A DNA stretch of 64,000 nucleotides from Patescibacteria group bacterium (GTDB lineage: Bacteria; Patescibacteriota; Microgenomatia; UBA1406; GWC2-37-13): the NCBI GenBank assembly GCA_041660785.1, contig JBAZVQ010000001.1:689538-753537 (forward strand). Direction: 5' to 3'. The notes beneath the pieces were generated by a model. It did no database searches and was not told where the DNA came from. It worked only from the letters and a program-made list of their open reading frames with translations. Below are positions 1 through 9,044 of this stretch, piece by piece (positions within the stretch are counted from its first letter, which is position 1; every line of letters starts with the position of its first letter). The position numbers and the translations under genes are program-made.

Positions 1-250
1 CTCGAGGTCGAGCAACGTTAACGACGATTTTTCTTCCTTCAACTTCTTTTTCATGCATCTGTTGAGTAGCAGCAGCGGCTGCTTCTTCAGTTGCAAATGT
101 GACGAAACCGAAACCTTTTGATCGTCCAGACATTCTATCTGTGATGATGACGGCTTCAGTAACTTCTCCAAATTGAGCAAATAATTCTTTTAAAGAATCA
201 TTAGTCATTGTCCAAGGAAGATTTCCTACGTACAATTTTTTAGTATCCAT
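1..250 (-). CDS. RRM (RNP-1/RNP-2) RNA-binding protein; C-terminus runs off the window start
   Basis: Not in the ORF track (window edge). Reverse translation from ATG 250-248 gives MDTKKLYVGNLPWTMTNDSLKELFAQFGEVTEAVIITDRMSGRSKGFGFVTFATEEAAAAATQQMHEKEVEGRKIVVNVARPR. LYVGNL and KGFGFVTF are the RNP-2/RNP-1 motifs. The complement of 261-267 is a GGAGGTG Shine-Dalgarno. Confidence 0.85.
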   Translation of the reverse strand, partial: MDTKKLYVGNLPWTMTNDSLKELFAQFGEVTEAVIITDRMSGRSKGFGFVTFATEEAAAAATQQMHEKEVEGRKIVVNVARPR

Positions 251-461
251 TTATGTTTTTCACCTCCTTTTGATTAAATATGAATGTTATCCAGAAGTTT
301 ACAAACTGAATTGTTTTCCAAGTGCAGTTTTTCTACCATACTGAATTAACTTTAATAAGTATATCATAAATAACCTTTTTTACCATGTCAAATGGATTTT
401 TACATTTTTATTAACATTATTTTTTTCAGCCGGTTTTCAGTAAAAAGATTATAATAACTTC

Positions 462-1136
462 ATGAGAATCTTAGTAGTCGAAGATGAACATCGAATTGCC
501 AATTCAATTAAAAAGGGATTGGAACAGGAAAGATATGCAGTGGACGTTACTTACACCGGTCCGGATGGATATGATCTTGCTTCAACGGAAGATTATGACG
601 GAATTATTCTTGACATCATGCTTCCGGAAATGGACGGAATTGAAATATGCCGGCAACTAAGAAAAAATAAAATTCATATTCCTATTTTAATGCTAACGGC
701 TAAGGGTCAGACAGAAGATAAAGTTAAAGGATTGGATGCTGGTGCCGATGATTACATGACAAAGCCATTTTCTTTTGATGAATTGTTAGCAAGGATCAGA
801 GCTTTGACCAGAAGAAAAGGGACCGTAATAAATACGAGTTTATTTGTAGAAGATCTAAGTCTAGATAAAAAACAATATTTAGTTAAAAGAGGAAGTAAAG
901 AAATAAAACTTTCCAGTAAAGAATTTTCTTTATTGGAATATCTAATTACTAATAAAAATACCATTGTTACTAAAGATCAAATCATTGCTCACATTTGGGA
1001 TTATGATGCGGATATACTTCCAAATACAATTGAGGTATATATAAAAAACTTGAGAAATAAAATTGATAAACCCTTCAACAACAAAAAACCTCTTATAAAT
1101 ACGGTAAGAGGATTTGGATATAAAATAGGGAATTAA
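462..1136 (+). CDS. OmpR/PhoB-family two-component response regulator
   Basis: Receiver domain (MRILVVEDE, IILDIMLPEMDG, LTAK) plus C-terminal winged helix (LSSKEFSLLEYL, TVRGFGYKI). Confidence 0.92.
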   Translation: MRILVVEDEHRIANSIKKGLEQERYAVDVTYTGPDGYDLASTEDYDGIILDIMLPEMDGIEICRQLRKNKIHIPILMLTAKGQTEDKVKGLDAGADDYMTKPFSFDELLARIRALTRRKGTVINTSLFVEDLSLDKKQYLVKRGSKEIKLSSKEFSLLEYLITNKNTIVTKDQIIAHIWDYDADILPNTIEVYIKNLRNKIDKPFNNKKPLINTVRGFGYKIGN

Positions 1137-1141
1137 AACAT

Positions 1142-2143
1142 ATGTTCAACTCTGCTCGAATAAAATTGACCGCTTGGTACCTTTTGATCATCATGGTCAT
1201 AAGCATTTCTTTTAGTTTGGTGATCTATCAGGGTTTGATGAGCGAGGTCCGAAGATTTTCAAAAATGCAAAAATTGAGAATCGAAAGAATTCTTCCACCG
1301 GACCCCATAGAGCTGTTTTCTGCCGACGACGATTTGATCTCGGAAATACAGCAAAGAGTGATAATTGAATTAGGAATCATTAATGTTTTTATTTTTATAA
1401 CATCAGGAGCACTAGGATATTTTTTGGCGGGCAAAACCTTACGTCCTATTCAAGAAATGCTAGAAGAACAAAATCGATTTATCAGCGATGCGTCACACGA
1501 ATTGAGAACACCGTTAACTGCTTTAAAAAGTTCGTTTGAGGTTGATCTAAGAGATAAAAACCTAACTGTGGATAACGCAAAAAAAACAATGAAAGCCAGT
1601 GTTGAAGATGTTAATAATTTACAAAAGCTTTCTGACTCTCTTTTACAGTTATCACAATATGAAAAACCACGTCAAAATGATAATTTCCAAACCGTTTCCT
1701 TAAAACAAATTATCAGTGAGTCGATAAAAAAAATTGAACCGTTAGCAAAAAACAAAAATATCCTAATAAAAAATAGTCCGTTTAATATTAATATTTACGG
1801 CAGTAAATATGGGTTGATCGACCTCTTTGTTATGTTATTAGATAACGCAATCAAATATAGTAAGGAAAGATCATCTATAAATATAGTTACAAAAAAAGTA
1901 GATCGTTCTGTTTTGGTTTCAATTGAAGACCAAGGGGTTGGGATTGATAAAAAAGATATTCCTCATCTTTTTGATAGGTTTTATCGATCCGATAAAGCCC
2001 GTTCGAAAAAAGAAGTTAGTGGTTATGGTTTAGGTTTATCGATTGCTAAAAAAATAGTCGACCAACATAAGGGATTTATAAAAATAGAAAGCAAATTGAA
2101 AAAAGGAACAACAGTGGTAGTTGGCTTACCTATTTACAGTTAA
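1142..2143 (+). CDS. Sensor histidine kinase (HisKA + HATPase_c)
   Basis: H-box FISDASHELRTPLT, N-box LLDNAIKYS, G-boxes DQGVGI and GYGLGLSIAK, N-terminal TM segments. Starts 5 nt after the regulator gene. Confidence 0.92.
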   Translation: MFNSARIKLTAWYLLIIMVISISFSLVIYQGLMSEVRRFSKMQKLRIERILPPDPIELFSADDDLISEIQQRVIIELGIINVFIFITSGALGYFLAGKTLRPIQEMLEEQNRFISDASHELRTPLTALKSSFEVDLRDKNLTVDNAKKTMKASVEDVNNLQKLSDSLLQLSQYEKPRQNDNFQTVSLKQIISESIKKIEPLAKNKNILIKNSPFNINIYGSKYGLIDLFVMLLDNAIKYSKERSSINIVTKKVDRSVLVSIEDQGVGIDKKDIPHLFDRFYRSDKARSKKEVSGYGLGLSIAKKIVDQHKGFIKIESKLKKGTTVVVGLPIYS

Positions 2144-2180
2144 ATTTCAGTATCGATTTGTATTATTCGAACAATAATTT

Positions 2181-3452
2181 ATGAATAAAATAAAAAATTG
2201 GTTTCTGAAAATATCTTTAATAAAAAAAATTATTTTAATTGTTGTAATTTTAGCGGTTGGATACTTTGTTGTTTCAAAATTATTCTTGAATCAAACAGGT
2301 AAAGTTACGTATCAAACAGAGAAAGTTGCTAAAGGAAATTTAATTGTTACAGTTACAGGATCAGGGATAGTCGCATCAACTAATAGTAGTAATATAACAA
2401 CAGAGGCAACTGGAGTAGTTACGAAAATTTATGTCAAAGACGGAGATGTTGTTAAGACTGGTGATAAAATTGCCGAACTTGAGCTAGATTTAGAAGGACA
2501 ACAAAAATCTTCTCAAGCTTGGGCTTCGTATCAATCGGCTAAGAATTCACTCCAAACCGCCAAAGATAATCTTTTTTCGACTCAGGCAGACCTATTTACT
2601 AAGTGGCAAAGCTACTATGATTTATCTACAAGTTCAAAATATGAGAATAGTGATAAGACACCCAATACTCCTGAAAGGCAGTCACAAACTGAATTCAGAA
2701 TTTCTGAAGATAACTGGTTATCATCTGAAGCAAAATATAAAGCCCAACAGAAGGCGATTGAACAATCTCAATCATCTCTTAATTCAGCTTGGTATTCGTA
2801 TCAACAAGCCTCTCCGATTATTTATGCACCAATTTCAGGAACGGTTTCAGGGTTATCATTACAGATTGGTTCAGTTATAAATTCTCAATCAAGTAGCAAT
2901 ACTTCTGCAACAACTAATAAAATTGCAAATATAAAAACTGATGCACTCCCTACTTTATCAATTAATTTAACTGAAATTGACGTTCCCAAAATAAAGATCG
3001 GCGATAAAGCAACGATTACTTTTGATGCTTTTTCTGAGAAAACTTTTACCGGAAAAGTTATTTCTATTGATATGGTTGGCTCAGTTTCATCTGGAGTAAC
3101 AAATTATCCAACGGTCATATTGCTTGATACAAAATCAAATACAATATTGCCTAATATGGGAATTTCAGCGAACATAATTACCAACACAAAAGACGATGTA
3201 TTATTAATATCTTCATCAGCGGTAAAAAGCGATGATAGTGGAAATAATTATGTCCAGATTTTAAAAAACGGAAAACCGGTTAATCAAAATATTGAAATTG
3301 GTTTATCATCAGATATTCAAACAGAAATTACTTCCGGACTTCAAGAGGGAGATGTAGTGATTACCACAACTTCAACCGCAACTACAACAAAATCTTCAAC
3401 TAATACTCAATCGGTCTTTGGTGGTTTAAACAGTGGGAGAAGACCTAATTGA
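2181..3452 (+). CDS. HlyD/MacA-type periplasmic adaptor (membrane fusion protein)
   Basis: N-terminal TM anchor, lipoyl-like hairpin halves (VTKIYVKDGDVVKTGDKIAELE and IYAPISGTVSGL), coiled-coil middle, beta-barrel end. Sits directly upstream of the MacB-type ATPase and permease. Confidence 0.8.
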   Translation: MNKIKNWFLKISLIKKIILIVVILAVGYFVVSKLFLNQTGKVTYQTEKVAKGNLIVTVTGSGIVASTNSSNITTEATGVVTKIYVKDGDVVKTGDKIAELELDLEGQQKSSQAWASYQSAKNSLQTAKDNLFSTQADLFTKWQSYYDLSTSSKYENSDKTPNTPERQSQTEFRISEDNWLSSEAKYKAQQKAIEQSQSSLNSAWYSYQQASPIIYAPISGTVSGLSLQIGSVINSQSSSNTSATTNKIANIKTDALPTLSINLTEIDVPKIKIGDKATITFDAFSEKTFTGKVISIDMVGSVSSGVTNYPTVILLDTKSNTILPNMGISANIITNTKDDVLLISSSAVKSDDSGNNYVQILKNGKPVNQNIEIGLSSDIQTEITSGLQEGDVVITTTSTATTTKSSTNTQSVFGGLNSGRRPN

Positions 3453-3456
3453 CAAT

Positions 3457-4137
3457 ATGATAAAAGTATCAAAACTTTCAAAGATTTATAAAATTGGAGA
3501 AGTTGAAACAGTTGCTCTAGATAATGTTTCTTTTGAAATAAAAAAGGGAGAATTTGTAGCGATTATGGGGCCATCAGGATCGGGTAAATCAACATTAATG
3601 CATATTTTAGGTGCTCTTGATTTGCCAACAAGCGGTCAATATATCTTGGACGGAGAAAATGTATCAAAATTAGATGAAGACCAATTAGCCGATATAAGGA
3701 ATAGAAAAATTGGCTTTGTTTTTCAGTCATACAATCTTTTACCGAGAACAACAACGATGCAAAATGTCATGCTTCCGATGAGCTATGCAGGAATAGTAAA
3801 AATAAAAAAACAAGAAATCGCTAAAAAATATCTGGAAATGGTTGGTTTAGGTAATCGGCTTGAACATACAACTAATCAACTTTCAGGCGGTCAACAACAG
3901 AGGGTTGCAATTGCTCGAGCGCTTGTAATGAATCCTGCAATTTTACTGGCAGATGAGCCGACTGGAAATATTGCTAGCGCCCAAGCTGAAGAAATTATGA
4001 ATATATTTAAAGATTTAAACAAGCAGGGGCACACAATAGTAATGATTACCCATGAGCCTGATATAGCCAATCATGCAAAAAGGATTATACATATTAGAGA
4101 TGGGAAGGTAGAAAAAGATGAAAAAGTTAAACACTAA
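3457..4137 (+). CDS. ABC transporter ATP-binding protein, MacB/LolD family
   Basis: Walker A GPSGSGKST, signature LSGGQQQRVAIARAL, Walker B ILLADEPT. ATG 3457 is preferred over the GTG at 3433, which overlaps the adaptor gene. Confidence 0.93.
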   Translation: MIKVSKLSKIYKIGEVETVALDNVSFEIKKGEFVAIMGPSGSGKSTLMHILGALDLPTSGQYILDGENVSKLDEDQLADIRNRKIGFVFQSYNLLPRTTTMQNVMLPMSYAGIVKIKKQEIAKKYLEMVGLGNRLEHTTNQLSGGQQQRVAIARALVMNPAILLADEPTGNIASAQAEEIMNIFKDLNKQGHTIVMITHEPDIANHAKRIIHIRDGKVEKDEKVKH

Positions 4138-4139
4138 AT

Positions 4140-5363
4140 ATGCAGGACCTATTTGAAACTATTCTTGAAGGCCTTCGAACTTTAACTCTTAATAAAATGA
4201 GGACGGGACTGGCAATCCTCGGAATAGTTATTGGTATTGGCAGCGTCATCACACTCATTTCTTTAGGACAGGGAAGTCAAAAGTCGATAGAGGATCAGAT
4301 TCAATCGCTTGGAAGCAACCTATTAACCGTTAGTCCTTCACGGCAAAGCAGTGGAGGAATTATGGGGGCACAAGGAGGGAACACTAGTTTAATCTTGGCT
4401 GATGCAAAAGCTATTGAAGAAAAACTTTCCTCGACTTTAGTAAGTAAAGTATCTCCTGAATATTCAAGTCGTTCACAGGTGATAGCTGGTCGGAACAATA
4501 CTAATGTCTCAATTGTTGGCGTTTACCCACAATATGCTGAAATAAAAAAAATAACAATGGAAAACGGAGTGTTTATTACAAATAGAGACAATGTTTCAAT
4601 GGGTAAAGTAGCTGTTTTAGGACCAACAACGGCAACAGATTTATTCGGAGAAACTAATCCTATTGGAAAAACAATTAAAATTGGAAGTCAAACATTAAAA
4701 ATTATTGGAGTAACAGTTTCAAAAGGCGGATCAGGTTTTAATAATCCTGATGATATGATCTATGTTCCTTTAACTACCGCTCAAAAACAAATCTTTGGAA
4801 AAACTAATTTAACAAGTATTTCAGTTGAGGCAAAATCTAAAGAAGTAATGGTGCAAGCTCAAGATGAAATCGGATATTTATTACTTAATCAACATAAATT
4901 AAATACTCCGACTGATGCTGATTTTATGATTATGTCACAAAGTGATTTATTAAGTACAGTTTCTCAGGTTACCGGAACCTTAACCGCATTACTTGGAGGA
5001 ATTGCCGCAATCTCACTTTTAGTTGGTGGAATCGGGATTATGAATATAATGCTGGTAACCGTCACTGAAAGAACTAGAGAGATTGGTCTTCGAAAAGCAT
5101 TAGGCGCCAAAAAGAAAACGATCATTACTCAATTTTTAATTGAATCCATCTTATTAACGTTTATTGGAGGTATATTTGGAATGATCTTTGGATTAGCGGC
5201 TTCATTTTTAATATCAAAAGTTATGAATTTAGCTTATGTAATTTCATTCTCATCAATAGCTTTAGCAATTGGAGTTTCAAGTCTAATAGGAATAGTTTTT
5301 GGACTTTATCCGGCACGGAAAGCAGCAAATTTACAACCGATTGAAGCATTGAGATATGAATAA
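4140..5363 (+). CDS. ABC transporter permease, MacB/FtsX family
   Basis: TM1, a large extracytoplasmic domain, then a C-terminal FtsX-type 3-TM bundle (ERTREIGLRKALGA). Confidence 0.92.
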   Translation: MQDLFETILEGLRTLTLNKMRTGLAILGIVIGIGSVITLISLGQGSQKSIEDQIQSLGSNLLTVSPSRQSSGGIMGAQGGNTSLILADAKAIEEKLSSTLVSKVSPEYSSRSQVIAGRNNTNVSIVGVYPQYAEIKKITMENGVFITNRDNVSMGKVAVLGPTTATDLFGETNPIGKTIKIGSQTLKIIGVTVSKGGSGFNNPDDMIYVPLTTAQKQIFGKTNLTSISVEAKSKEVMVQAQDEIGYLLLNQHKLNTPTDADFMIMSQSDLLSTVSQVTGTLTALLGGIAAISLLVGGIGIMNIMLVTVTERTREIGLRKALGAKKKTIITQFLIESILLTFIGGIFGMIFGLAASFLISKVMNLAYVISFSSIALAIGVSSLIGIVFGLYPARKAANLQPIEALRYE

Positions 5364-5460
5364 AACAGTTAAACGGTTAAAACTTAAACAGTTAAAAAAA
5401 CTTTTAAAACTTTAAACATTAAACGTTTATTAGTTTAGTGTTTAATAGTTTTTTTAGGTT
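5364..5460. repeat. AT-rich 7-8 nt periodic repeat / imperfect hairpin spacer
   Basis: AAACAGTT AAACGGTT AAAACTT AAACAGTT followed by partly complementary CTTTTAAAACTTTAAACATTAAACGTTT. Lies just after the permease stop codon. Confidence 0.55.
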
Positions 5461-5508
5461 TTGACAGTTTAATACTTAACAGTTTTTTTAGAAAGGTGGT
5501 GATAATAT

Positions 5509-5934
5509 ATGAAAAATAATTATTTAATAACAGCGATTCTAGTTATCGTTTTTGCCGGGGCTGGCTTTTATGGAGGTATGAAATACCAACAAAGTCAGAG
5601 AGGCAATTTTTCCGGACAATTTGGGAATGAACAGATACCTATGAGAAATGGAAGACAAGGAAATACAGGGGTTAATGGTCGAGGAGGATTCCGTCCAGTG
5701 GCGGGTGAAATTATTTCAGCCGATGATAAATCGATAACCGTTAAATTACAAGATGAGAGTAGTAAATTGGTATTAATCAATTCAAAAACCGTAGTAAATA
5801 AAGCACAAGTCGTTGATAAGACCGAGCTCAAAGTCGGAGAGAAAGTATCAGTTTTTGGAAGTGAAAACACTGACGGATCTGTAACAGCTCAAAATGTTCA
5901 ATTAGGACCAGTTGGCGCCACAGGAATAAAATAA
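5509..5934 (+). CDS. Small membrane-anchored/secreted protein, Gly/Asn/Arg-rich linker plus beta-rich C-terminal domain (DUF5666-like, tentative)
   Basis: N-terminal hydrophobic helix. Strong SD AAGGTGGTGA at 5493-5502. C-terminal SITVKLQDESSKLVLINSKT...KVGEKVSVFG pattern. Confidence 0.55.
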   Translation: MKNNYLITAILVIVFAGAGFYGGMKYQQSQRGNFSGQFGNEQIPMRNGRQGNTGVNGRGGFRPVAGEIISADDKSITVKLQDESSKLVLINSKTVVNKAQVVDKTELKVGEKVSVFGSENTDGSVTAQNVQLGPVGATGIK

Positions 5935-5990
5935 ATTAAAAAATATCAGCGGTTGAAATTAAATATTAAAGATACTAAGATGTTTATCCA

Positions 5991-7634
5991 ATGAACAGCT
6001 CAGAATTGTTCGTTAAATGTTTGGAGAATGAGGGAGTCAAGTATATTTTTGGAGTTCCGGGTGAGGAAAATTTACGACTGCTTCAAGCGATAAAAAATTC
6101 TTCGATTGAATTCGTTGTTACTCGTCACGAACAGGCGGCTGGTTTTATGGCGGCTACCATTGGAAGACTGACTGGTATACCTGGCGTTTGTTTATCCACG
6201 CTTGGACCGGGGGCAACTAATTTGGTGACCAGCGCTGCCTATGCTCAACTTGGTGGCATGCCGGCCTTATTTATCACCGGCCAAAAACCGATAAAAAAAA
6301 GTAAACAAGGTAATTTTCAAATAATCAATACGGTTGAGATGTTTAAACCGATTACCAAATTAACCAAGCAGATCATTAATGGGGAAATGATTCCAATGAT
6401 GGTTCGGGAAGCATTTCGGCTGGCAAAGCTTGAAAGACCCGGGGCCGTTCATCTTGAGCTTCCAGAAGACGTGGCAGAAGAAAAAGTAACAGGTATACCT
6501 ATGGTAAATCAACATACCCGTAGGCCAATTGCCGAAGAAAAAGCTATAAAAAAAGCCGTTGAATTAATAGAAAATTCAAAACGTCCCCTTGTATTAATTG
6601 GCGCCGGAGCTAATCGTAAAAGAACTTCACAAATTTTAACTGAATTTATAGATAAAACCGGTATTCCTTTTTTTACCACTCAAATGGGTAAGGGGGTTGT
6701 GAATGAAAAACACTTACAATATTTGGGAACAGCTGCCTTATCTGAAAATGACTATATTCACTGTGCAATAAATAAAGCCGACTTAATCATTAACATTGGC
6801 CACGATACGCTTGAAAAACCACCCTTTATCATGGACGTAAACGATAAAAGAACAGTAATCCATATTAATTTTTTTCCGGCGATCGTTGATCAAATATATT
6901 TTCCTCAACATGAAGTAGTTGGGGATATCGCGAATACGGTGTTTCAAATAGGCGAGTTAATAAAAAAACAAAAAGTGTGGGATTTTTCTTATTTTTATAA
7001 AATGCAAAAATATTTAAATTCCCATTTTCAGTCAATAACAAAAAAAGAGCGGTTTCCGTACACTCCTCAGCAGATTGTAAAAATCATAAGACAGAATATG
7101 AAGGAAGAAGATATTGTAACTTTGGATAATGGTATGTATAAAATCTGGTTTGCTCGAAACTATCACACATTGAAACAAAATACTTTATTGTTGGATAATG
7201 CCTTGGCCAGCATGGGGGCGGGGTTGCCATCGGCAATAGCAGCAAAGATTGTTTTTCCGGAAAAGAAAGTCGTTGCAATATGCGGTGACGGAGGATTTTT
7301 AATGAATTCTCAGGAGTTGGAAACTGCCAATAGGCTTAAATTAAATTTAATTATTATTATTCTACGTGATAATGGGTTTGGCATGATCAAATGGAAACAA
7401 AGATCAATGGGCTTGGATGACTTTGCTTTAAGCTTTGGAAATCCGGATTTCAGCACATTAGCTAAATCGTATGGTGCTATCGGTTACCGAGTTACAAAGA
7501 GCGGTGACTTAGAAAAATATTTAGAAAAAATTTCCAATAAAAAAGGAATTCATTTGATCGATGTTCCAATAGATTATTCCGACGACTATAGAATTTTAGT
7601 CAAAGAATTACAGGAAAAAACATGTTTATTATAA
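5991..7634 (+). CDS. Thiamine-diphosphate-dependent acetolactate synthase-like enzyme (catabolic AlsS type)
   Basis: N-terminal Pyr domain (GVPGEEN, RHEQAAGFMA). C-terminal ThDP/Mg motif GDGGFLMNSQELET followed by a downstream N. Confidence 0.85.
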   Translation: MNSSELFVKCLENEGVKYIFGVPGEENLRLLQAIKNSSIEFVVTRHEQAAGFMAATIGRLTGIPGVCLSTLGPGATNLVTSAAYAQLGGMPALFITGQKPIKKSKQGNFQIINTVEMFKPITKLTKQIINGEMIPMMVREAFRLAKLERPGAVHLELPEDVAEEKVTGIPMVNQHTRRPIAEEKAIKKAVELIENSKRPLVLIGAGANRKRTSQILTEFIDKTGIPFFTTQMGKGVVNEKHLQYLGTAALSENDYIHCAINKADLIINIGHDTLEKPPFIMDVNDKRTVIHINFFPAIVDQIYFPQHEVVGDIANTVFQIGELIKKQKVWDFSYFYKMQKYLNSHFQSITKKERFPYTPQQIVKIIRQNMKEEDIVTLDNGMYKIWFARNYHTLKQNTLLLDNALASMGAGLPSAIAAKIVFPEKKVVAICGDGGFLMNSQELETANRLKLNLIIIILRDNGFGMIKWKQRSMGLDDFALSFGNPDFSTLAKSYGAIGYRVTKSGDLEKYLEKISNKKGIHLIDVPIDYSDDYRILVKELQEKTCLL

Positions 7635-7653
7635 AGCGTGATACCAAATTATT

Positions 7654-9021
7654 ATGAAAAAAATATTTTCGATTAACCCGGCCACGGAAGAGACATTAAA
7701 AGAGTATTCTTTGCTGACAAAAGACGAATTGGAAAATAAAATTCAATTAAGTTTACAAGCGTTTGAAGCTTGGAAAAAAAGATCCTTTGCCAAGAAAAAA
7801 ATCCTTTTAAATAAAGTCGCCGCAATTCTTCGACGTGATAAAGAAAAATTTGCCAGGACAATAACATTAGAAATGGGAAAAACGATCAAGGAAAGTTTGG
7901 GAGAAGTGGAAAAATGTGCTTGGGGCTGTGGATATTTTGCCGAGCAAGGTGAAATAATGTTGAAAAAAGAGATCATTAAAACTGAAGCGACGGAATCATA
8001 TCTCCGTTTTGATCCGCTCGGTCCAATTTTTATCGTTATGCCTTGGAACTTTCCCTTTTGGCAGGTTTTTCGCGTCAGTGTTCCGGCACTGATGGCAGGC
8101 AATGTGATCCTTTTGAAACATGCTTCAAACGTTCCTCAATGTTCTTTTCTTATTGAAAAAATATTTATTGAAGCAGGCTTCCCAAAAGGAGTTTTTCAAA
8201 GTTTGCTTATCGATCCTTCAATGAGCCAAACTGTGATCAATCATAAAAATGTCAGGGCAGTATCATTAACTGGCAGTGAAAAAGCTGGAGCAATTGTTGC
8301 CGCAACAGCAGGAGCTGTCATGAAAAAATCGGTTTTAGAATTGGGAGGGAGCGACCCCTTTATCATCTTAGATGATGCTGATGTGAAAAAGGCCGCCACG
8401 GTTGCTACATCAGCCAGGCTAAACGTAACTGGACAGGTTTGTATCGCTGCTAAACGTTTTATTGTTCAAGAAAAAATTGCCATCCAATTTGTTGCCGAAT
8501 TGACAAAACTATTTTTATTAAAAAAAATTGGTAATCCCTTATTACTCGATACTGATATGGGGCCGCTATCTAGTCGAAAGATCCTAGAAACTATTGAAAA
8601 GCAAGTTGAAGATTCGGTAAAAATGGGGGCAAAAATCGTCGTTGGCGGAAAGCGACTAATTGGCAAAGGGTATTTTTACCCACCTACAGTTATCACTAAT
8701 ATTACTTCCAAAATGCCGATTTATACCGAAGAAACCTTTGGTCCGGTGGCAGTAATTATTATAGTTAAAGATGATATCGAGGCGATAAAAATCGCCAATG
8801 ATACCCGGTTTGGATTGGGCGCTTCAGTTTGGACAAAAAGTTTAAAAAGAGCTCAAAAATTTATTGAAGAATTAGAGGTAGGGTCAGTATTTGTGAACTC
8901 GATGGTCAAATCTGACCCTCGATTGCCAATTGGCGGTACAAAATCATCAGGTTATGGACGAGAGCTATCTTCATACGGGCTCAAAGAGTTTGTCAATATT
9001 AAAACGGTGTTTGTTGAGTAG
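7654..9021 (+). CDS. NAD(P)-dependent aldehyde dehydrogenase, succinate-semialdehyde dehydrogenase-like
   Basis: INPATEE N-terminus, catalytic Glu in LELGGSDP, catalytic Cys in GQVCIAAKR, EETFGPV. Confidence 0.85.
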   Translation: MKKIFSINPATEETLKEYSLLTKDELENKIQLSLQAFEAWKKRSFAKKKILLNKVAAILRRDKEKFARTITLEMGKTIKESLGEVEKCAWGCGYFAEQGEIMLKKEIIKTEATESYLRFDPLGPIFIVMPWNFPFWQVFRVSVPALMAGNVILLKHASNVPQCSFLIEKIFIEAGFPKGVFQSLLIDPSMSQTVINHKNVRAVSLTGSEKAGAIVAATAGAVMKKSVLELGGSDPFIILDDADVKKAATVATSARLNVTGQVCIAAKRFIVQEKIAIQFVAELTKLFLLKKIGNPLLLDTDMGPLSSRKILETIEKQVEDSVKMGAKIVVGGKRLIGKGYFYPPTVITNITSKMPIYTEETFGPVAVIIIVKDDIEAIKIANDTRFGLGASVWTKSLKRAQKFIEELEVGSVFVNSMVKSDPRLPIGGTKSSGYGRELSSYGLKEFVNIKTVFVE

Positions 9022-9044
9022 ATATCTTCATATAGAATATAGGT

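Noticed and set aside
752-964. Short antisense or out-of-frame ORFs lying wholly inside long, motif-rich genes. Examples: 752-964, 1228-1434, 2617-2880, 5595-5870, 7743-8102, 11003-11284, 15502-15794, 16870-17166, 46387-46758, 48896-49231, 61623-61928.
   Set aside because: Each overlaps a gene with clear family motifs. Their products are low-complexity or Cys/Arg/Ser-rich shadow translations with no start context, so they are treated as non-coding.
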